64,000 nucleotides of DNA from an uncultured Bordetella sp. (GCA_964486865.1 CAZAOZ010000012.1:1870-65869), one strand, 5' to 3'; numbered from the stretch's first letter, positions 35,747 through 45,459 are shown. Made by a program: numbers and translations. The notes: generated by a model from the sequence alone, not told the origin.

Positions 35747-36763
35747 CTATTTTTCGAGTGTGACGTTCGCCTCGACAATGATCCGTCCGAACTTGGCAGA
35801 CTCGGCACGGATAAATTCCCGGAACTGCTCGGGTGAGGTTGGCGAAGGTTCGAAGCCGGATTGACGCAGCTTGACCACCACCTCGGGCACCTTCAGGGCA
35901 TGAACAGCGGCCGCATTCACTGCCTTCATGATCTCCGGCGGCATACCGGCTGGTGCCATCATGCCGAAGAAATTTACCACCTCGAACCCCGCCAGCCCGG
36001 GCGTGTCTGAAATCGGGGGCACTTTGGGCAAGGCCGACACCCGGCTTGACGAGGTCACGCCGAGCGCCCGCAGGCGTCCGCTTTCGATGAATGGCAATGC
36101 CGCACCGATACTGACAAAGGTCATCGTAATGTGCTTACCGACCACATCGGCGATCTGCGGAGCCGCACCCTTGTAAGGCACATGGGTGATACGAACCCCC
36201 GCCATCTTGTTGAACAACTCGCCAGTGAGTTGTTGCGGGTTGCCAATGCCGCTCGATGAGAAGGTAAGTTTGGCGGGATTGTCCCGAGCGTAGGTAATCA
36301 GTTCCGCCACTGTCTTGGCAGGCACGTCCGGATGCACTGCCAGCACATTCGGTACGCGCACCATCAGGGTCACTGGCGCGAGTTCTGTTTCCCAGTCATA
36401 CGCCATCGGCTTGTACAAATGCGGATTGACTGCCACCTCACCGGAATTGGCGAGCAACGTATAGCCGTCAGGCTTGGACTTGGCGACCGCACCGGTACCG
36501 ATCATGCCGCTTGCACCCGCGCGGTTTTCGACCACAATCGGCACTCCAAGCGATTGGCGCATCTGCTCAGCAAGCAGTCGCGCCGTGAGGTCAGTGCCGC
36601 CGCCGGCCGGAAACGCGACGATCATCCGTATAAGCTGGTTAGGATAGGTGGCAGTTTGCGCGATCACCGTCCCTGCCGTTGGCAACAGCACCAGTAGCAA
36701 CAGCAGGCGCGCCCCGTACAATGAACAAAACGGAACAGACACCTTCGATTTCGAGCGATTCAT
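35747..36763 (-). CDS. Bug/TctC family substrate-binding protein
   Basis: TYPNQLIRMIVAFPAGGGTDLTARLLAEQM...VENRAGASG...DGYTLL. GAGGAGGG RBS before ATG 36763. An alternative ATG at 36796 overlaps the upstream stop (ATGA). Confidence 0.85.
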   Translation of the reverse strand: MNRSKSKVSVPFCSLYGARLLLLLVLLPTAGTVIAQTATYPNQLIRMIVAFPAGGGTDLTARLLAEQMRQSLGVPIVVENRAGASGMIGTGAVAKSKPDGYTLLANSGEVAVNPHLYKPMAYDWETELAPVTLMVRVPNVLAVHPDVPAKTVAELITYARDNPAKLTFSSSGIGNPQQLTGELFNKMAGVRITHVPYKGAAPQIADVVGKHITMTFVSIGAALPFIESGRLRALGVTSSSRVSALPKVPPISDTPGLAGFEVVNFFGMMAPAGMPPEIMKAVNAAAVHALKVPEVVVKLRQSGFEPSPTSPEQFREFIRAESAKFGRIIVEANVTLEK

Positions 36764-36792
36764 CGCTACTGCCCTCCTCTGGAAACAACAAG

Positions 36793-37593
36793 TCATTTGG
36801 CAGTGCAGTATGCACCACCGTGAAATTCACCCGCGGGGTCCCCGGGCAATGGCACGATGTGGCCCACCTCGCCGGAATAATCCTCTGCGTTGTCGCGCGG
36901 CACGAAGCCCAGCCGCACCGCGTCAGGACTTGTCCACTTTGCCCGGGTATTTGCCGAGACGCCATAGACTATTGCGAAACCATAGTCCGGAGCCTCGATT
37001 GCACAGCGCGCCAGTTCAGCCATATCGCGGTGACTGATCCAGGTGGTTAGCTGGCGCCCATCCTCGGGTTTCTCACGGAAGGAACCAATCCGCAAGCAGG
37101 CAATAGTCATGGCGTATTTGTCCACATACAACCTTGCGAGTGCTTCGCCGAAAACTTTCGACACGCCGTAGCGTGAATCGGGACGCACAGGCTCCTCGAT
37201 GCCAACCATGTCTGCCTTATTGCAAAAACCGATCGCGTGGTTGGAGCTGGCAAACACGATACGGCGCACACCTGCCGCCCGCGCCGCCTCGAACAACTGG
37301 ATGGTCGCCACGATATTGTTGGGCAGGATGGTTTCCCAAGGGCCTTCTCGTGGAATTCCGGCCAAATGCACAATGCAGTCGACATCGCGCACGGCTTCGG
37401 CGGCCAGCAGCGGATCTTTCAGGTCACCGCACAGAGTTTCATTCGCGGCGTCGGTGGTGATCACCGGAACCCGGTCCACCAGACGCAGTTGCGCGTAGCG
37501 GCCAGCCAGCGCACTCCGCAGGCAACGGCCAATGCCCCCGGCTGCGCCGGTAATGAGGACACGATGCGGTCTGGCTGGTGAACTTTCGATCAT
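36793..37593 (-). CDS. NAD-dependent epimerase/dehydratase-fold SDR (uronate dehydrogenase-like)
   Basis: RVLITGAAGGIGR Rossmann motif, ...IVFASSNHAIGF..., and ...YGVSKVFGE (YxxxK). Confidence 0.85.
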   Translation of the reverse strand: MIESSPARPHRVLITGAAGGIGRCLRSALAGRYAQLRLVDRVPVITTDAANETLCGDLKDPLLAAEAVRDVDCIVHLAGIPREGPWETILPNNIVATIQLFEAARAAGVRRIVFASSNHAIGFCNKADMVGIEEPVRPDSRYGVSKVFGEALARLYVDKYAMTIACLRIGSFREKPEDGRQLTTWISHRDMAELARCAIEAPDYGFAIVYGVSANTRAKWTSPDAVRLGFVPRDNAEDYSGEVGHIVPLPGDPAGEFHGGAYCTAK

Positions 37594-37716
37594 TGCAACC
37601 CCTCCGTACGTTCAGGCCGGTCTCAATCAAACGTGCCGGATTGGATTTTTATCAAGCAACCCGCCGCCCGATCAGCCTTACCGACAACCGCAACCCCGCC
37701 GCACCCAGAATCACCA

Positions 37717-38373
37717 TCAAACCGCATACCAAAACACCGCCACAAAATGACAAACCGACCCCAGCACCACAAACAGGTGCCAGATGAAATGCGCGTAGCG
37801 CATGCGGTAGTCGTAGTGGAAAAACACCACGCCGAAGGTATAGGCCAGTCCGCCCGCCAGCAGCCACAGCAATCCGGGAACGGGCACCACGCTCAGCATG
37901 GGTTTGATCGCGACGATCACCAGCCAGCCCATCAGCAGATACAGCGCGACGGACAGGTTCTGGTATTTGGGACCGTGTATGGATTTGAGCAGGATGCCGA
38001 TCAGCGCCAGGCTCCATACCACGCCGAACAGGCTCCAGCCCCAGGCGCCGTTCAATACGCCCAGCGTGAACGGCGTGTAGGTCCCGGCGATCAGCAGGAA
38101 TATGGCGCAATGGTCGAGCACCATGAATACCCGCTTGGCCTTGCCCGCCGGCAACACGTGATAAATCACCGACGACAGGTAGAGCAGCAGCAGCGTCGCA
38201 CCGAAGATGGCCGCGCCGACCACCGCCGAGGTGCTGCCGGTGCGCGCCGCGCCGATGACGAGTACGGGTATGGCCACGATGGACGCGATCAGGGCTACGC
38301 CGTGGCTGACGGCGTTGGCGATTTCTTCGCCGAAGGCCTGGGGCCGGTCGAACGCAGCGGTGTGATTACTCAT
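37717..38373 (-). CDS. Hemolysin III/PAQR family membrane protein
   Basis: Seven predicted TM segments with EEIANAVSHGVA..., SSVIYH, LDHCAIFLLIAGTYTPF and HLFVVLGSVCHF motifs. Confidence 0.85.
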   Translation of the reverse strand: MSNHTAAFDRPQAFGEEIANAVSHGVALIASIVAIPVLVIGAARTGSTSAVVGAAIFGATLLLLYLSSVIYHVLPAGKAKRVFMVLDHCAIFLLIAGTYTPFTLGVLNGAWGWSLFGVVWSLALIGILLKSIHGPKYQNLSVALYLLMGWLVIVAIKPMLSVVPVPGLLWLLAGGLAYTFGVVFFHYDYRMRYAHFIWHLFVVLGSVCHFVAVFWYAV

Positions 38374-38471
38374 GTGCAATTACTCACTTACGATGTCCCA
38401 TTTGCCGATGATCCGGCCTGTCGCAGCTGACGGAGCAGCGCTCAGTCGCATGATAAGACACCTGCGCGCCT

Positions 38472-38915
38472 TCAGCACTGCGCGCAGTTATCCACCGGCA
38501 GCCCGCGTTTGAGCCAGCCCGGCCCCGCAGCGCTGCCGACCATGCCTTCCTTGACGTTGTAAACCTGCGTGAAACCCTGCGCCCTGAGAAACTCCTGGGC
38601 GCGGGAGGTGCGACTGCCGGTGCGACAGATGAGCGCGACCGGCGCCGTCTTGTCGCCGCCCACCATCTGCAGCACGGATTGCAGCAGTACTTGCGGCCCG
38701 CGGTAGAAATCCACGCGCCCCGCCCCCGGCGCGACGCCGGTCTGCCGCCATTCCGGCGACGTGCGGATGTCGATCAGCATCATCTTGCCGGCACTCGCCG
38801 CCGCATACGCCTGCGGCGCCGAGATGTCGGGCTCGGCCCGGCTCAGGGGCGCAGCGAGAATGAGTAAACCAGGCAATGCGCCGAGCAGCAGTTTGCGCAA
38901 GTGGCGGAGGAGCAT
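38472..38915 (-). CDS. Periplasmic single-domain rhodanese-like protein
   Basis: Signal peptide followed by MLIDIRTSPEWRQTG...ALICRTGSRTSRAQEFL...VYNVKEGM (catalytic CRxGxR loop). Confidence 0.8.
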   Translation of the reverse strand: MLLRHLRKLLLGALPGLLILAAPLSRAEPDISAPQAYAAASAGKMMLIDIRTSPEWRQTGVAPGAGRVDFYRGPQVLLQSVLQMVGGDKTAPVALICRTGSRTSRAQEFLRAQGFTQVYNVKEGMVGSAAGPGWLKRGLPVDNCAQC

Positions 38916-38949
38916 TACGGCACCCAGAAGCGCGACGACGCAAAATATT

Positions 38950-39168
38950 TCAAAGCTTGCGGGCCTTGCCGGACTTGAACTCCGTACGCGCGCTTGTAAT
39001 CAGGCTATCAAGTTTTCCCGTCTTGAGATCGGCTGCGATCTGACGATCCCATGCCTGAGCGTCGAACTTGCGCAGCGTTTCCGTGTTCATCACGCCCAGG
39101 CCATGGATACCGCGGGCGGTCTTGAACATCTCTTTGCGCAATCGCTTATTGACCATGATAGTACTCAA
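38950..39168 (-). CDS. Hypothetical small protein (72 aa)
   Basis: TTG start (ATG 12 nt in). It is in the same frame as the upstream XRE gene, separated by a TGA plus 4 codons. No family recognised. Confidence 0.3.
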   Translation of the reverse strand: MSTIMVNKRLRKEMFKTARGIHGLGVMNTETLRKFDAQAWDRQIAADLKTGKLDSLITSARTEFKSGKARKL

Positions 39169-39180
39169 TGTCCCGGCTTC

Positions 39181-39465
39181 TCACGCCGCCACACGCACAC
39201 CCACCGAGATACCCGCCTTGGCGCACAGCCCGACGAGGTAATCGAGCGACAGCAACTCGACTTTGCCGCGCACGATTTCCGACACGCGCGGCTGCGTCAC
39301 GCCGAGGCGCTTTGCCGTTTGCGCCTGGGTCAATTCTTCGTGTTCCATCCAGACGCGCAGGGCTTCCGCGAGTTTCGCGCGCAGCAGCATCACTTCCGCC
39401 TCATGCGGTGGAAAGCCGAGATCGCGGAAAATGTTTCCGCTGGATTCAGTCATCTTTGCGGCCAT
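39181..39465 (-). CDS. XRE-family HTH protein, HigA2-like antitoxin type, with no cognate toxin gene visible
   Basis: NIFRDLGFPPHEAEVMLLRAKLAEALRVWMEHEELTQAQTAKRLGVTQPRVSEIVRGKVELLSLDYLVGL. AAGGAG RBS before ATG 39465. Confidence 0.8.
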   Translation of the reverse strand: MAAKMTESSGNIFRDLGFPPHEAEVMLLRAKLAEALRVWMEHEELTQAQTAKRLGVTQPRVSEIVRGKVELLSLDYLVGLCAKAGISVGVRVAA

Positions 39466-39529
39466 GTTTGGCTCCTTTTGCAAATTCCTGTGCATTTCCG
39501 ATGACCCGCATGAGCTTCATTGGATGATT

Positions 39530-39545
39530 ATACGAATATTCGTAT
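39530..39545. promoter_or_regulatory. Perfect 16-bp palindrome; candidate operator of the XRE gene
   Basis: ATACGAATATTCGTAT lies 65-80 nt upstream of the XRE start in an AT-rich stretch. Confidence 0.45.
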
Positions 39546-39705
39546 GTCAATCAAGCCGGGGTTCAGGCACAACAGCTGCCTTGCATGGAAATCGCATGCA
39601 ATTAATTGTTTTTATTTATTTTTCTTACAAACTTGCCGGATTGAAGCAGTGCTTCTGGTCCCGGCTTGCGCGGGATGACGGGATGATATCCCGCGCCGCC
39701 GTTGC

Positions 39706-40995
39706 TCAGCTCTCGACCGTCACCTTGTTACGCCCGAGCCCCTTGGCGTGGTAGAGCGCACGGTCGGCGCGACCCAGCACGTCGTCGGCACTCTTGTCGT
39801 CGGGTTTTATTTCCGCAACGCCGATGCTGACGGTCAGCGGGATGGTTCTGTCCTCGTGCGTAACCGGCTTTGCGGCCACCCGCTTGCGCAGGCGCTCGGC
39901 GAACACCTCGGCTGCAATCAGGGATGCGCCGGGCAGGATGACGGCGAACTCCTCGCCGCCGAGGCGCCCCACGGTGTCGATCTTGCGGAGTCCCTGCCGC
40001 ATGATCGCGGCGAAGTGCCGCAGGGCATTGTCCCCGGCGATATGGCCGAATTTGTCGTTAACCTGCTTGAAATGATCGATGTCGAGCATCAATACGGAGG
40101 CGCAGTAGCCTTCAACCCGGACGGCACGCCCCAATTCCTGTTCCAGCTGGGTGAGGAAATGCCGCCGGTTGGGCAGCCCCGTCAGCATGTCGGTGGCGGC
40201 CATCTCCCGCAACTCGGCTTCGAGGCGTTTCTTTTCGGTGATGTCGCGGGAGACCACCACCACCTTGGACACCTTGCCGTCGGCGCCGAGGATGGCGCGG
40301 CCGTCGGATTCCATGTGACGGGTGCTGCCGTCCTTGAGCACAAAGCGGAACTCGGCGCACTCGCCGATGCCCGTCTCCACGGTTTTGCGGAAGATTTTCT
40401 TGATCCGCTCCCGGTCATCGGGATGGATCTCGAGGAAGGAGTCTGACCCCCGGCGGATGTCTTTTTCGTGGAACAGCGGCCGGTACGAAGGGCTGTTGTA
40501 AATGCGCCTGCCCTGTGTGTCGAGCACCGCGACGAGTTCGCCGACGTTCTCGACGATCGTCTTGAACAGCTCCTGGCTCTCGCGCAGCCTGTCCTCGGTG
40601 ATTCTTTGCTGTTGCAGCAGCCGGGCATCGCGCAGCTCGCGCTCGATCACCGGGCCCAGGCGGATCAATTCGCTCTTGTCGATATAGTCCCGCGCGCCGA
40701 GCTTGATCAGCGCCACGGCCAGGGTGAGATCGATGTCACCGGAGACAATGATGAACGGCACGTCCGGGCACGATTCCTTCGCGATGGCCAGTGCTTCCGG
40801 TGCCGAGAAACCGGGCATGGATTGATCGCAAATGATCAGATCCCATGCCTGCCCCTCGAGCGCGGCACGCATATTCGTCGAAGAGGCCACTGTCGCGGAC
40901 TCGACTGCGTAGCCCTGGCTCTGCAACGAATGCAGCAGCAGATCCGCGTCGTCTTTCGAATCCTCGACAATCAGTAGCCGCAGCCGTTGCTTCAT
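39706..40995 (-). CDS. Response-regulator receiver-PAS-GGDEF diguanylate cyclase
   Basis: REC (LLIVEDSKDD...DLIICDQSMPG), PAS (ELFKTIVENVGELVAVLD), and GGDEF with an RLGGEEFAV active site and an upstream RxxD-like I-site region. Confidence 0.9.
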   Translation of the reverse strand: MKQRLRLLIVEDSKDDADLLLHSLQSQGYAVESATVASSTNMRAALEGQAWDLIICDQSMPGFSAPEALAIAKESCPDVPFIIVSGDIDLTLAVALIKLGARDYIDKSELIRLGPVIERELRDARLLQQQRITEDRLRESQELFKTIVENVGELVAVLDTQGRRIYNSPSYRPLFHEKDIRRGSDSFLEIHPDDRERIKKIFRKTVETGIGECAEFRFVLKDGSTRHMESDGRAILGADGKVSKVVVVSRDITEKKRLEAELREMAATDMLTGLPNRRHFLTQLEQELGRAVRVEGYCASVLMLDIDHFKQVNDKFGHIAGDNALRHFAAIMRQGLRKIDTVGRLGGEEFAVILPGASLIAAEVFAERLRKRVAAKPVTHEDRTIPLTVSIGVAEIKPDDKSADDVLGRADRALYHAKGLGRNKVTVES

Positions 40996-41078
40996 TGCCC
41001 CCTCCTGGACAAGGCGTTGCCTGCCGTCATCCGCTCACCCTACCGTTGATTGCGCAAAATTGAAATACCCTTGCCCAA

Positions 41079-41300
41079 TTAACAACCCTTGTGCTGCAAG
41101 TACAATTCTTCCACCTTCGCCCTTGCCCAGGGCGTGCGCCGCAAGAAGCGCAGGCTCGAGGCGATGCTCGGCTCGTGGGTGAAGCAGCGGATGGGGACGG
41201 CGCGGCCCATGGCCTCCCAGCCCAGGCTGCCGGACAGCTCGGTCAGCATCTGTTCCAGGGTGATGCCGTGCAGGGGATTTTTGGGTTGGGATGGATTCAT
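41079..41300 (-). CDS. VF530/DUF2132 family small protein
   Basis: NPLHGITLEQMLTELSGSLGWEAMGRAVPIRCFTHEPSIASSLRFLRRTPWARAKVEELYL. Confidence 0.7.
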   Translation of the reverse strand: MNPSQPKNPLHGITLEQMLTELSGSLGWEAMGRAVPIRCFTHEPSIASSLRFLRRTPWARAKVEELYLQHKGC

Positions 41301-41383
41301 GGCGATAATGATCAACGGAATCGTGCATTACGGGGGAGGGGTGAACATTATATTCATGCGTGGAGCAGTACGTTTATTCTGTT

Positions 41384-41452
41384 CCCCTCTGCTTTGCTTC
41401 AAGTGCCCCCCTCACCCCAACCCTCTCCCCACAAAGTGGGGAGAGGGGATTG
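41384..41452. repeat. REP-like GC-rich palindromic element, copy B (intergenic)
   Basis: CCCCTCTGCTTTGCTTCAAGTGCCCCCCTCACCCCAACCCTCTCCCCACAAAGTGGGGAGAGGGG, with hairpin CCCTCTCCCC-N7-GGGGAGAGGG. Confidence 0.6.
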
Positions 41453-41494
41453 CATTTTGATGGATGCCCTTTGATCTGGTGAAAGAGTAACTGC

Positions 41495-42604
41495 ATGGCG
41501 AAGAAAAAACGTGCGGTGAAGAAAAAGGCCGCAAGCAAAAATAAGCGCGCAACGCCGGTTGCCATCATCAATGCCCGGCAGGCCGCAGACAGCCTGGCGT
41601 CGAATCTCGCCGAAGGCAAAAAAATCGTCGCTGCGGCAAAGAAAGTGGTGGCCAAAGGCGATTTTGTATTCTTTGCCGCATTCGACGGCACCAACAACGA
41701 CATGGACAACCTGAAAGAAAATGCCCAGACCACCAATGTCGGGCAATTGTGGCAGCAATTCGAAGGCAGGGACGGCGCCCTGCCGCACGCAACGGGACTG
41801 TATCGCGCCGGCCTCGGCACCCGCGCCGATCCATGGGTGGAAAGCTGGCTGCCCTCTCAGGTGACCAGCGGGGCCATCCGCAAGGCGCAGCAAGCCTGCG
41901 ATGAATTCAAACGCGCGGCGTCAGAGTGGCTGCGGGTCAGGGGCAACAAGGGGCCGGTGAAAATCGTGCTGACCGCCTTCAGCCGGGGCGCGGCGTCGGC
42001 GGCGATTTTCAGCCAGATGATTTACCGGGATGTTTACCGCAATGGCCTGACGGATGCTGCGGGCACGGTGTTGCTGAAACCCGCCCGGGTCGCCATCGTC
42101 GCGGGCGTGCTGTTCGATCCCGTGGTCACGGGCGTCAAAGGCAATCAGGCATTCCCGCCCATGGTGAAGAATATGGTCGTGATCAAGGCCCGGAACGAGT
42201 ACCGTGTCCTGTTCAAGACCGTGGATTACGCGCCGCTGGGCAGCATGGTCAAAGCGTTCAGCATGTACGGCAACCATTGCGACATCGGCGGCGGCTATGA
42301 CAACGGTCTGGGCGCGGTGGCGCTGGGGGCCGCCACCGGATTTCTGCAAAAATGCGGGCTGCCCATCAGCGATGTGCCCGCCGGACGCCGGCGCACATCC
42401 GGTGCAATCGCCATCCACGGCGAGAAATTCGATGCCTACGGCAATCAGATCTGGGACTACACCGCCGAGGGCGACCGGGTGCAGGGATTCAGTTATGACG
42501 ACCTGCGCGAAGCGGATGATTCCGTAGTGATCGAACCCGCCGCCGCAACACCGGACAGGAAAACAGGGTTTACTCTGTATGACGGCACGGTCATCACCGT
42601 GTAG
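41495..42604 (+). CDS. DUF2235 (Tle1-like alpha/beta-hydrolase) domain protein with a Lys-rich N-terminal tail
   Basis: FAAFDGTNND (compare FDGTGN) and LTAFSRGAASA (compare GFSRGA, the nucleophile elbow) are the DUF2235 signature. The N-terminus is MAKKKRAVKKKAASKNKR. Confidence 0.7.
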   Translation: MAKKKRAVKKKAASKNKRATPVAIINARQAADSLASNLAEGKKIVAAAKKVVAKGDFVFFAAFDGTNNDMDNLKENAQTTNVGQLWQQFEGRDGALPHATGLYRAGLGTRADPWVESWLPSQVTSGAIRKAQQACDEFKRAASEWLRVRGNKGPVKIVLTAFSRGAASAAIFSQMIYRDVYRNGLTDAAGTVLLKPARVAIVAGVLFDPVVTGVKGNQAFPPMVKNMVVIKARNEYRVLFKTVDYAPLGSMVKAFSMYGNHCDIGGGYDNGLGAVALGAATGFLQKCGLPISDVPAGRRRTSGAIAIHGEKFDAYGNQIWDYTAEGDRVQGFSYDDLREADDSVVIEPAAATPDRKTGFTLYDGTVITV

Positions 42605-42667
42605 CGGAGTATGATTCCCTCAGGCGCTACATCATGCACTACCCTAGTTGACCCAGGAGGCATAACC

Positions 42668-42880
42668 ATGACCAAAAATATCGGCAACACCGAGCGCGTC
42701 ATCCGCATCATCGTCGGCCTCGGGCTGCTCAGCCTGATCTTTTTCCTGGAAGGCAATGCCCGCTGGTGGGGCCTGATCGGGCTGGTACCGATCACCACCG
42801 CGGCTTTCGGCTACTGCCCGCCTTACGCCTGGCTGGGCATCAATACCTGCGCCAAAGAGGAAGCCGCTCCCCGGCAGTAG
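42668..42880 (+). CDS. DUF2892 (YgaP-like) small membrane protein
   Basis: NIGNTERVIRIIVGLGLL...WWGLIGLVPITTAAFGYCPPYAWLGINTC. AGGAGG RBS. Confidence 0.75.
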   Translation: MTKNIGNTERVIRIIVGLGLLSLIFFLEGNARWWGLIGLVPITTAAFGYCPPYAWLGINTCAKEEAAPRQ

Positions 42881-42981
42881 CTGCGCGCGGCCCCGATTCC
42901 CGGGCGGCCGGCTTTATCCCGCAAGCGCGAATCAGTCCTGCGGGCGATGGATCGCCCCTCACTCCCCTTGCGCACCAGAGT

Positions 42982-43800
42982 ATGACCGGCCCCCTGCTCA
43001 CCCAGCCAGTACACGAAACCCTGCGCGCCGCTTTGCATGCCGGTGCGGCCACGGTCGAGTGTTCGCTGGATCTGGATCGCTCACGGACGACGGTTGCCGT
43101 GAGCGCGGCCGGCTGGACATGGCAGGGCCATGACTATCCTTATCTGGAAACCTGCAAAGAGCGGACGATTTATTACTGGACGGGCGACGCCTTCGCGCCG
43201 GTATCGCGGTTCAGCCAGTCGCTGATCAAGCTGGTGCCCACCGAGTGGGGCGCGCCAACCTTTGAAATCGACGGCATCAAGATGCTGCCCACGGCGCAGG
43301 TCTCGCCTTATGCCGATGCCGAACGCAAGGTGAACCTGATTCAACCGCGCGGCAAGGTGATCCTCGACACCTGCGGCGGACTGGGCTACTTCGCGGCGTG
43401 GTGCCTGCAAGGGCAGGCGAAGCAGGTACAGTCTTACGAAAAAAATCCCGACGTGCTGTGGCTGCGCAGCCTGAATCCGTGGTCGCCGCCGGCGGATCCA
43501 CGCCTGACGCTGACGCAGGGCGACATCACGCAGAAAATCCCCGGTCTGCCCGATGCCGCATTCGATGCCATCCTGCACGATCCGCCGCGCTTCGGCATCG
43601 CCGGAGAACTCTACTCGCAGGTGTTTTATGACCACCTCGTCCGCGTGCTGAAACGCAAGGGCAGGCTGTTCCATTACACCGGCTCGCCGAACAAGCTCAC
43701 CAGCGGGCGCGATGTGCCGGATGAAGTGACCAAGCGTTTGCAGCGCGCCGGGTTCAGCGTGGCGGTGAATGGGGACGGGCTGCTGGCGGTGAAGCGTTGA
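42982..43800 (+). CDS. Class I SAM-dependent methyltransferase-like protein
   Basis: VILDTCGGLGYFA (motif I), ...FDAILHDPPRFG... (DPPxF-type motif), ...GRLFHYTGSP.... Start taken at the internal ATG 42982. Confidence 0.65.
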   Translation: MTGPLLTQPVHETLRAALHAGAATVECSLDLDRSRTTVAVSAAGWTWQGHDYPYLETCKERTIYYWTGDAFAPVSRFSQSLIKLVPTEWGAPTFEIDGIKMLPTAQVSPYADAERKVNLIQPRGKVILDTCGGLGYFAAWCLQGQAKQVQSYEKNPDVLWLRSLNPWSPPADPRLTLTQGDITQKIPGLPDAAFDAILHDPPRFGIAGELYSQVFYDHLVRVLKRKGRLFHYTGSPNKLTSGRDVPDEVTKRLQRAGFSVAVNGDGLLAVKR

Positions 43801-43917
43801 GCGGGCCGGCGCTGGAGATCGCAGTCGCGGTGTCCGCATGAGGGGACTCCGCCCTCGTATAATTCAGATTCCGATCGCCGCAATCCCGTGACGCAATGAC
43901 AACCTGACGGAGTCCGC

Positions 43918-45459
43918 ATGAGCATGAAGCGCCCCAATATCATCCTGATCACTTCCGACCAGCAGCGCGCAGACTGCAACGGCTTCGAAAACCCGAACAT
44001 CAAGACGCCGCACATCGACTCCCTGGCGCGCGACGGCACGCGTTTCTCTGCCTGCATGACGCCCAACCTCGTCTGCCAGCCGTCGCGCGCCTCGATTCTC
44101 ACCGGGTTGTTGCCGCTGACGCACGGCGTGTGGGACAACGGCGTCGATCTGGATCCGCGCGTGGGCGAGCAGGGCTTTGCCGGCACGCTGAGCCGCGCCG
44201 GCTATCGCAGCGCATTCATCGGCAAGGCGCATTTCGCCACCAAGTCGACGTTTGCCCCGACCGGCACGCCGGAGTGCAACAAAAGCCAGGCGAAATATGG
44301 TCCCGACTGGCTGGGCCCCTACATGGGCTTTGAGCATGTGGAGCTCACCGTACTCGGCCATACGCACCGCACACGCCCGCTGGACCGTCCGCCGATGGGC
44401 CATTACGAACGCTGGTTCATCTCGCGCGGCAAGAACGAAGAAGCCTATCAACTGTGGGCCACCTCAACGAAACCCGAGACCGGCGCCGCACAGACCTGGA
44501 GTTCGGCATTGCCGGTGGCCTGGCACAGCAGTACCTGGACGGCCGACCGCACCATCGATCTGCTGACGCGCCACGACAGGCAAAAACCGCTGGCGATGTG
44601 GGTGTCGTTCCCCGATCCGCACCATCCGTTCGACTGCCCGGAGCCGTGGAGCCAGATGTACGATCCGAAAAGCCTCACGCTGCCCAGGCACCGCACAATG
44701 GACCTCGAGCGCAGGCCGTGGTGGCACAAAGCCTCGCTCGAAGGCGTGCCGCAACTGGCCGATCCGGCCATGCGCAAATTCCGCGCCGAAGGTTCGCGCG
44801 TGCCGGTGCAAACCGACGCCCAGCTCGCGGAGATGACCGCGAATTACTACGGCATGATTTCGCTGATCGACCACAACGTCGGCCGCATACTCAATGCGCT
44901 CGATGACCTGGGTTATGCCGAGGACACGCTGATCGTTTACAGCACCGACCACGGCGAGATGCTGGGCAACCACGGGCTGTACCTGAAGGGACCGACACCC
45001 TACGAAGACCTGATGCGTGTCACCATGGTGGCACGGGGCCCTGGCGTGGCGGCGAACCGGGTGGTGACCGAACCGGTCTCCACGCTCGACCTGGCGGCAA
45101 CCTTCTACGACAGCGCCGGCGTTGCGGCGCCGCATGCGCTGCAGGGCCGCAGCCTGAAGGATCTGCTGGCAGGCAAATCAGCACCGCGCGACGCCGCCTG
45201 GAGTGAATGGCATGTGCATCCGTCGCGCTGCGGCGTGGGACTGCAGCTGCGCACGGTGCGCACCAAAACCCACAAATGCACCTTCGAACTGGGCTCGGGC
45301 GCCGGAGAACTGTACGACCTGAAAAATGATCCGGGTGAAATGGACAACCTGTTCGACGATCCGGGCCGCGCCAAGGTCAGGAAAGAACTGGAAGAACTGA
45401 TGCGTGCGCGACCGGGCAAAATACTGGACAAGCTGGCGGAACCCATCGGCATGGCATGA
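43918..45459 (+). CDS. Cys-type sulfatase (aryl/choline-sulfatase-like)
   Basis: PNIILITSDQQRAD... and the formylglycine signature VCQPSRASILTG (C-x-P-x-R). Confidence 0.9.
   Translation: MSMKRPNIILITSDQQRADCNGFENPNIKTPHIDSLARDGTRFSACMTPNLVCQPSRASILTGLLPLTHGVWDNGVDLDPRVGEQGFAGTLSRAGYRSAFIGKAHFATKSTFAPTGTPECNKSQAKYGPDWLGPYMGFEHVELTVLGHTHRTRPLDRPPMGHYERWFISRGKNEEAYQLWATSTKPETGAAQTWSSALPVAWHSSTWTADRTIDLLTRHDRQKPLAMWVSFPDPHHPFDCPEPWSQMYDPKSLTLPRHRTMDLERRPWWHKASLEGVPQLADPAMRKFRAEGSRVPVQTDAQLAEMTANYYGMISLIDHNVGRILNALDDLGYAEDTLIVYSTDHGEMLGNHGLYLKGPTPYEDLMRVTMVARGPGVAANRVVTEPVSTLDLAATFYDSAGVAAPHALQGRSLKDLLAGKSAPRDAAWSEWHVHPSRCGVGLQLRTVRTKTHKCTFELGSGAGELYDLKNDPGEMDNLFDDPGRAKVRKELEELMRARPGKILDKLAEPIGMA

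Noticed and set aside
35519-35836. A 105-aa plus-strand ORF upstream of the methylase, considered as a possible R-M controller (C) protein.
   Set aside because: It has no HTH-like sequence, overlaps the methylase start and the Bug gene end, and its translation is low-complexity.
39169-39183. A fourth in-frame TGA. The XRE gene (39181-39465) and the 72-aa ORF (38950-39168) share a frame across TGA 39181-39183, which raised the question of another selenocysteine site.
   Set aside because: There is no Cys/redox motif at the TGA and no convincing hairpin in the following 40 nt. The XRE domain is complete before the stop, and a shared frame has a 1-in-3 chance by coincidence.
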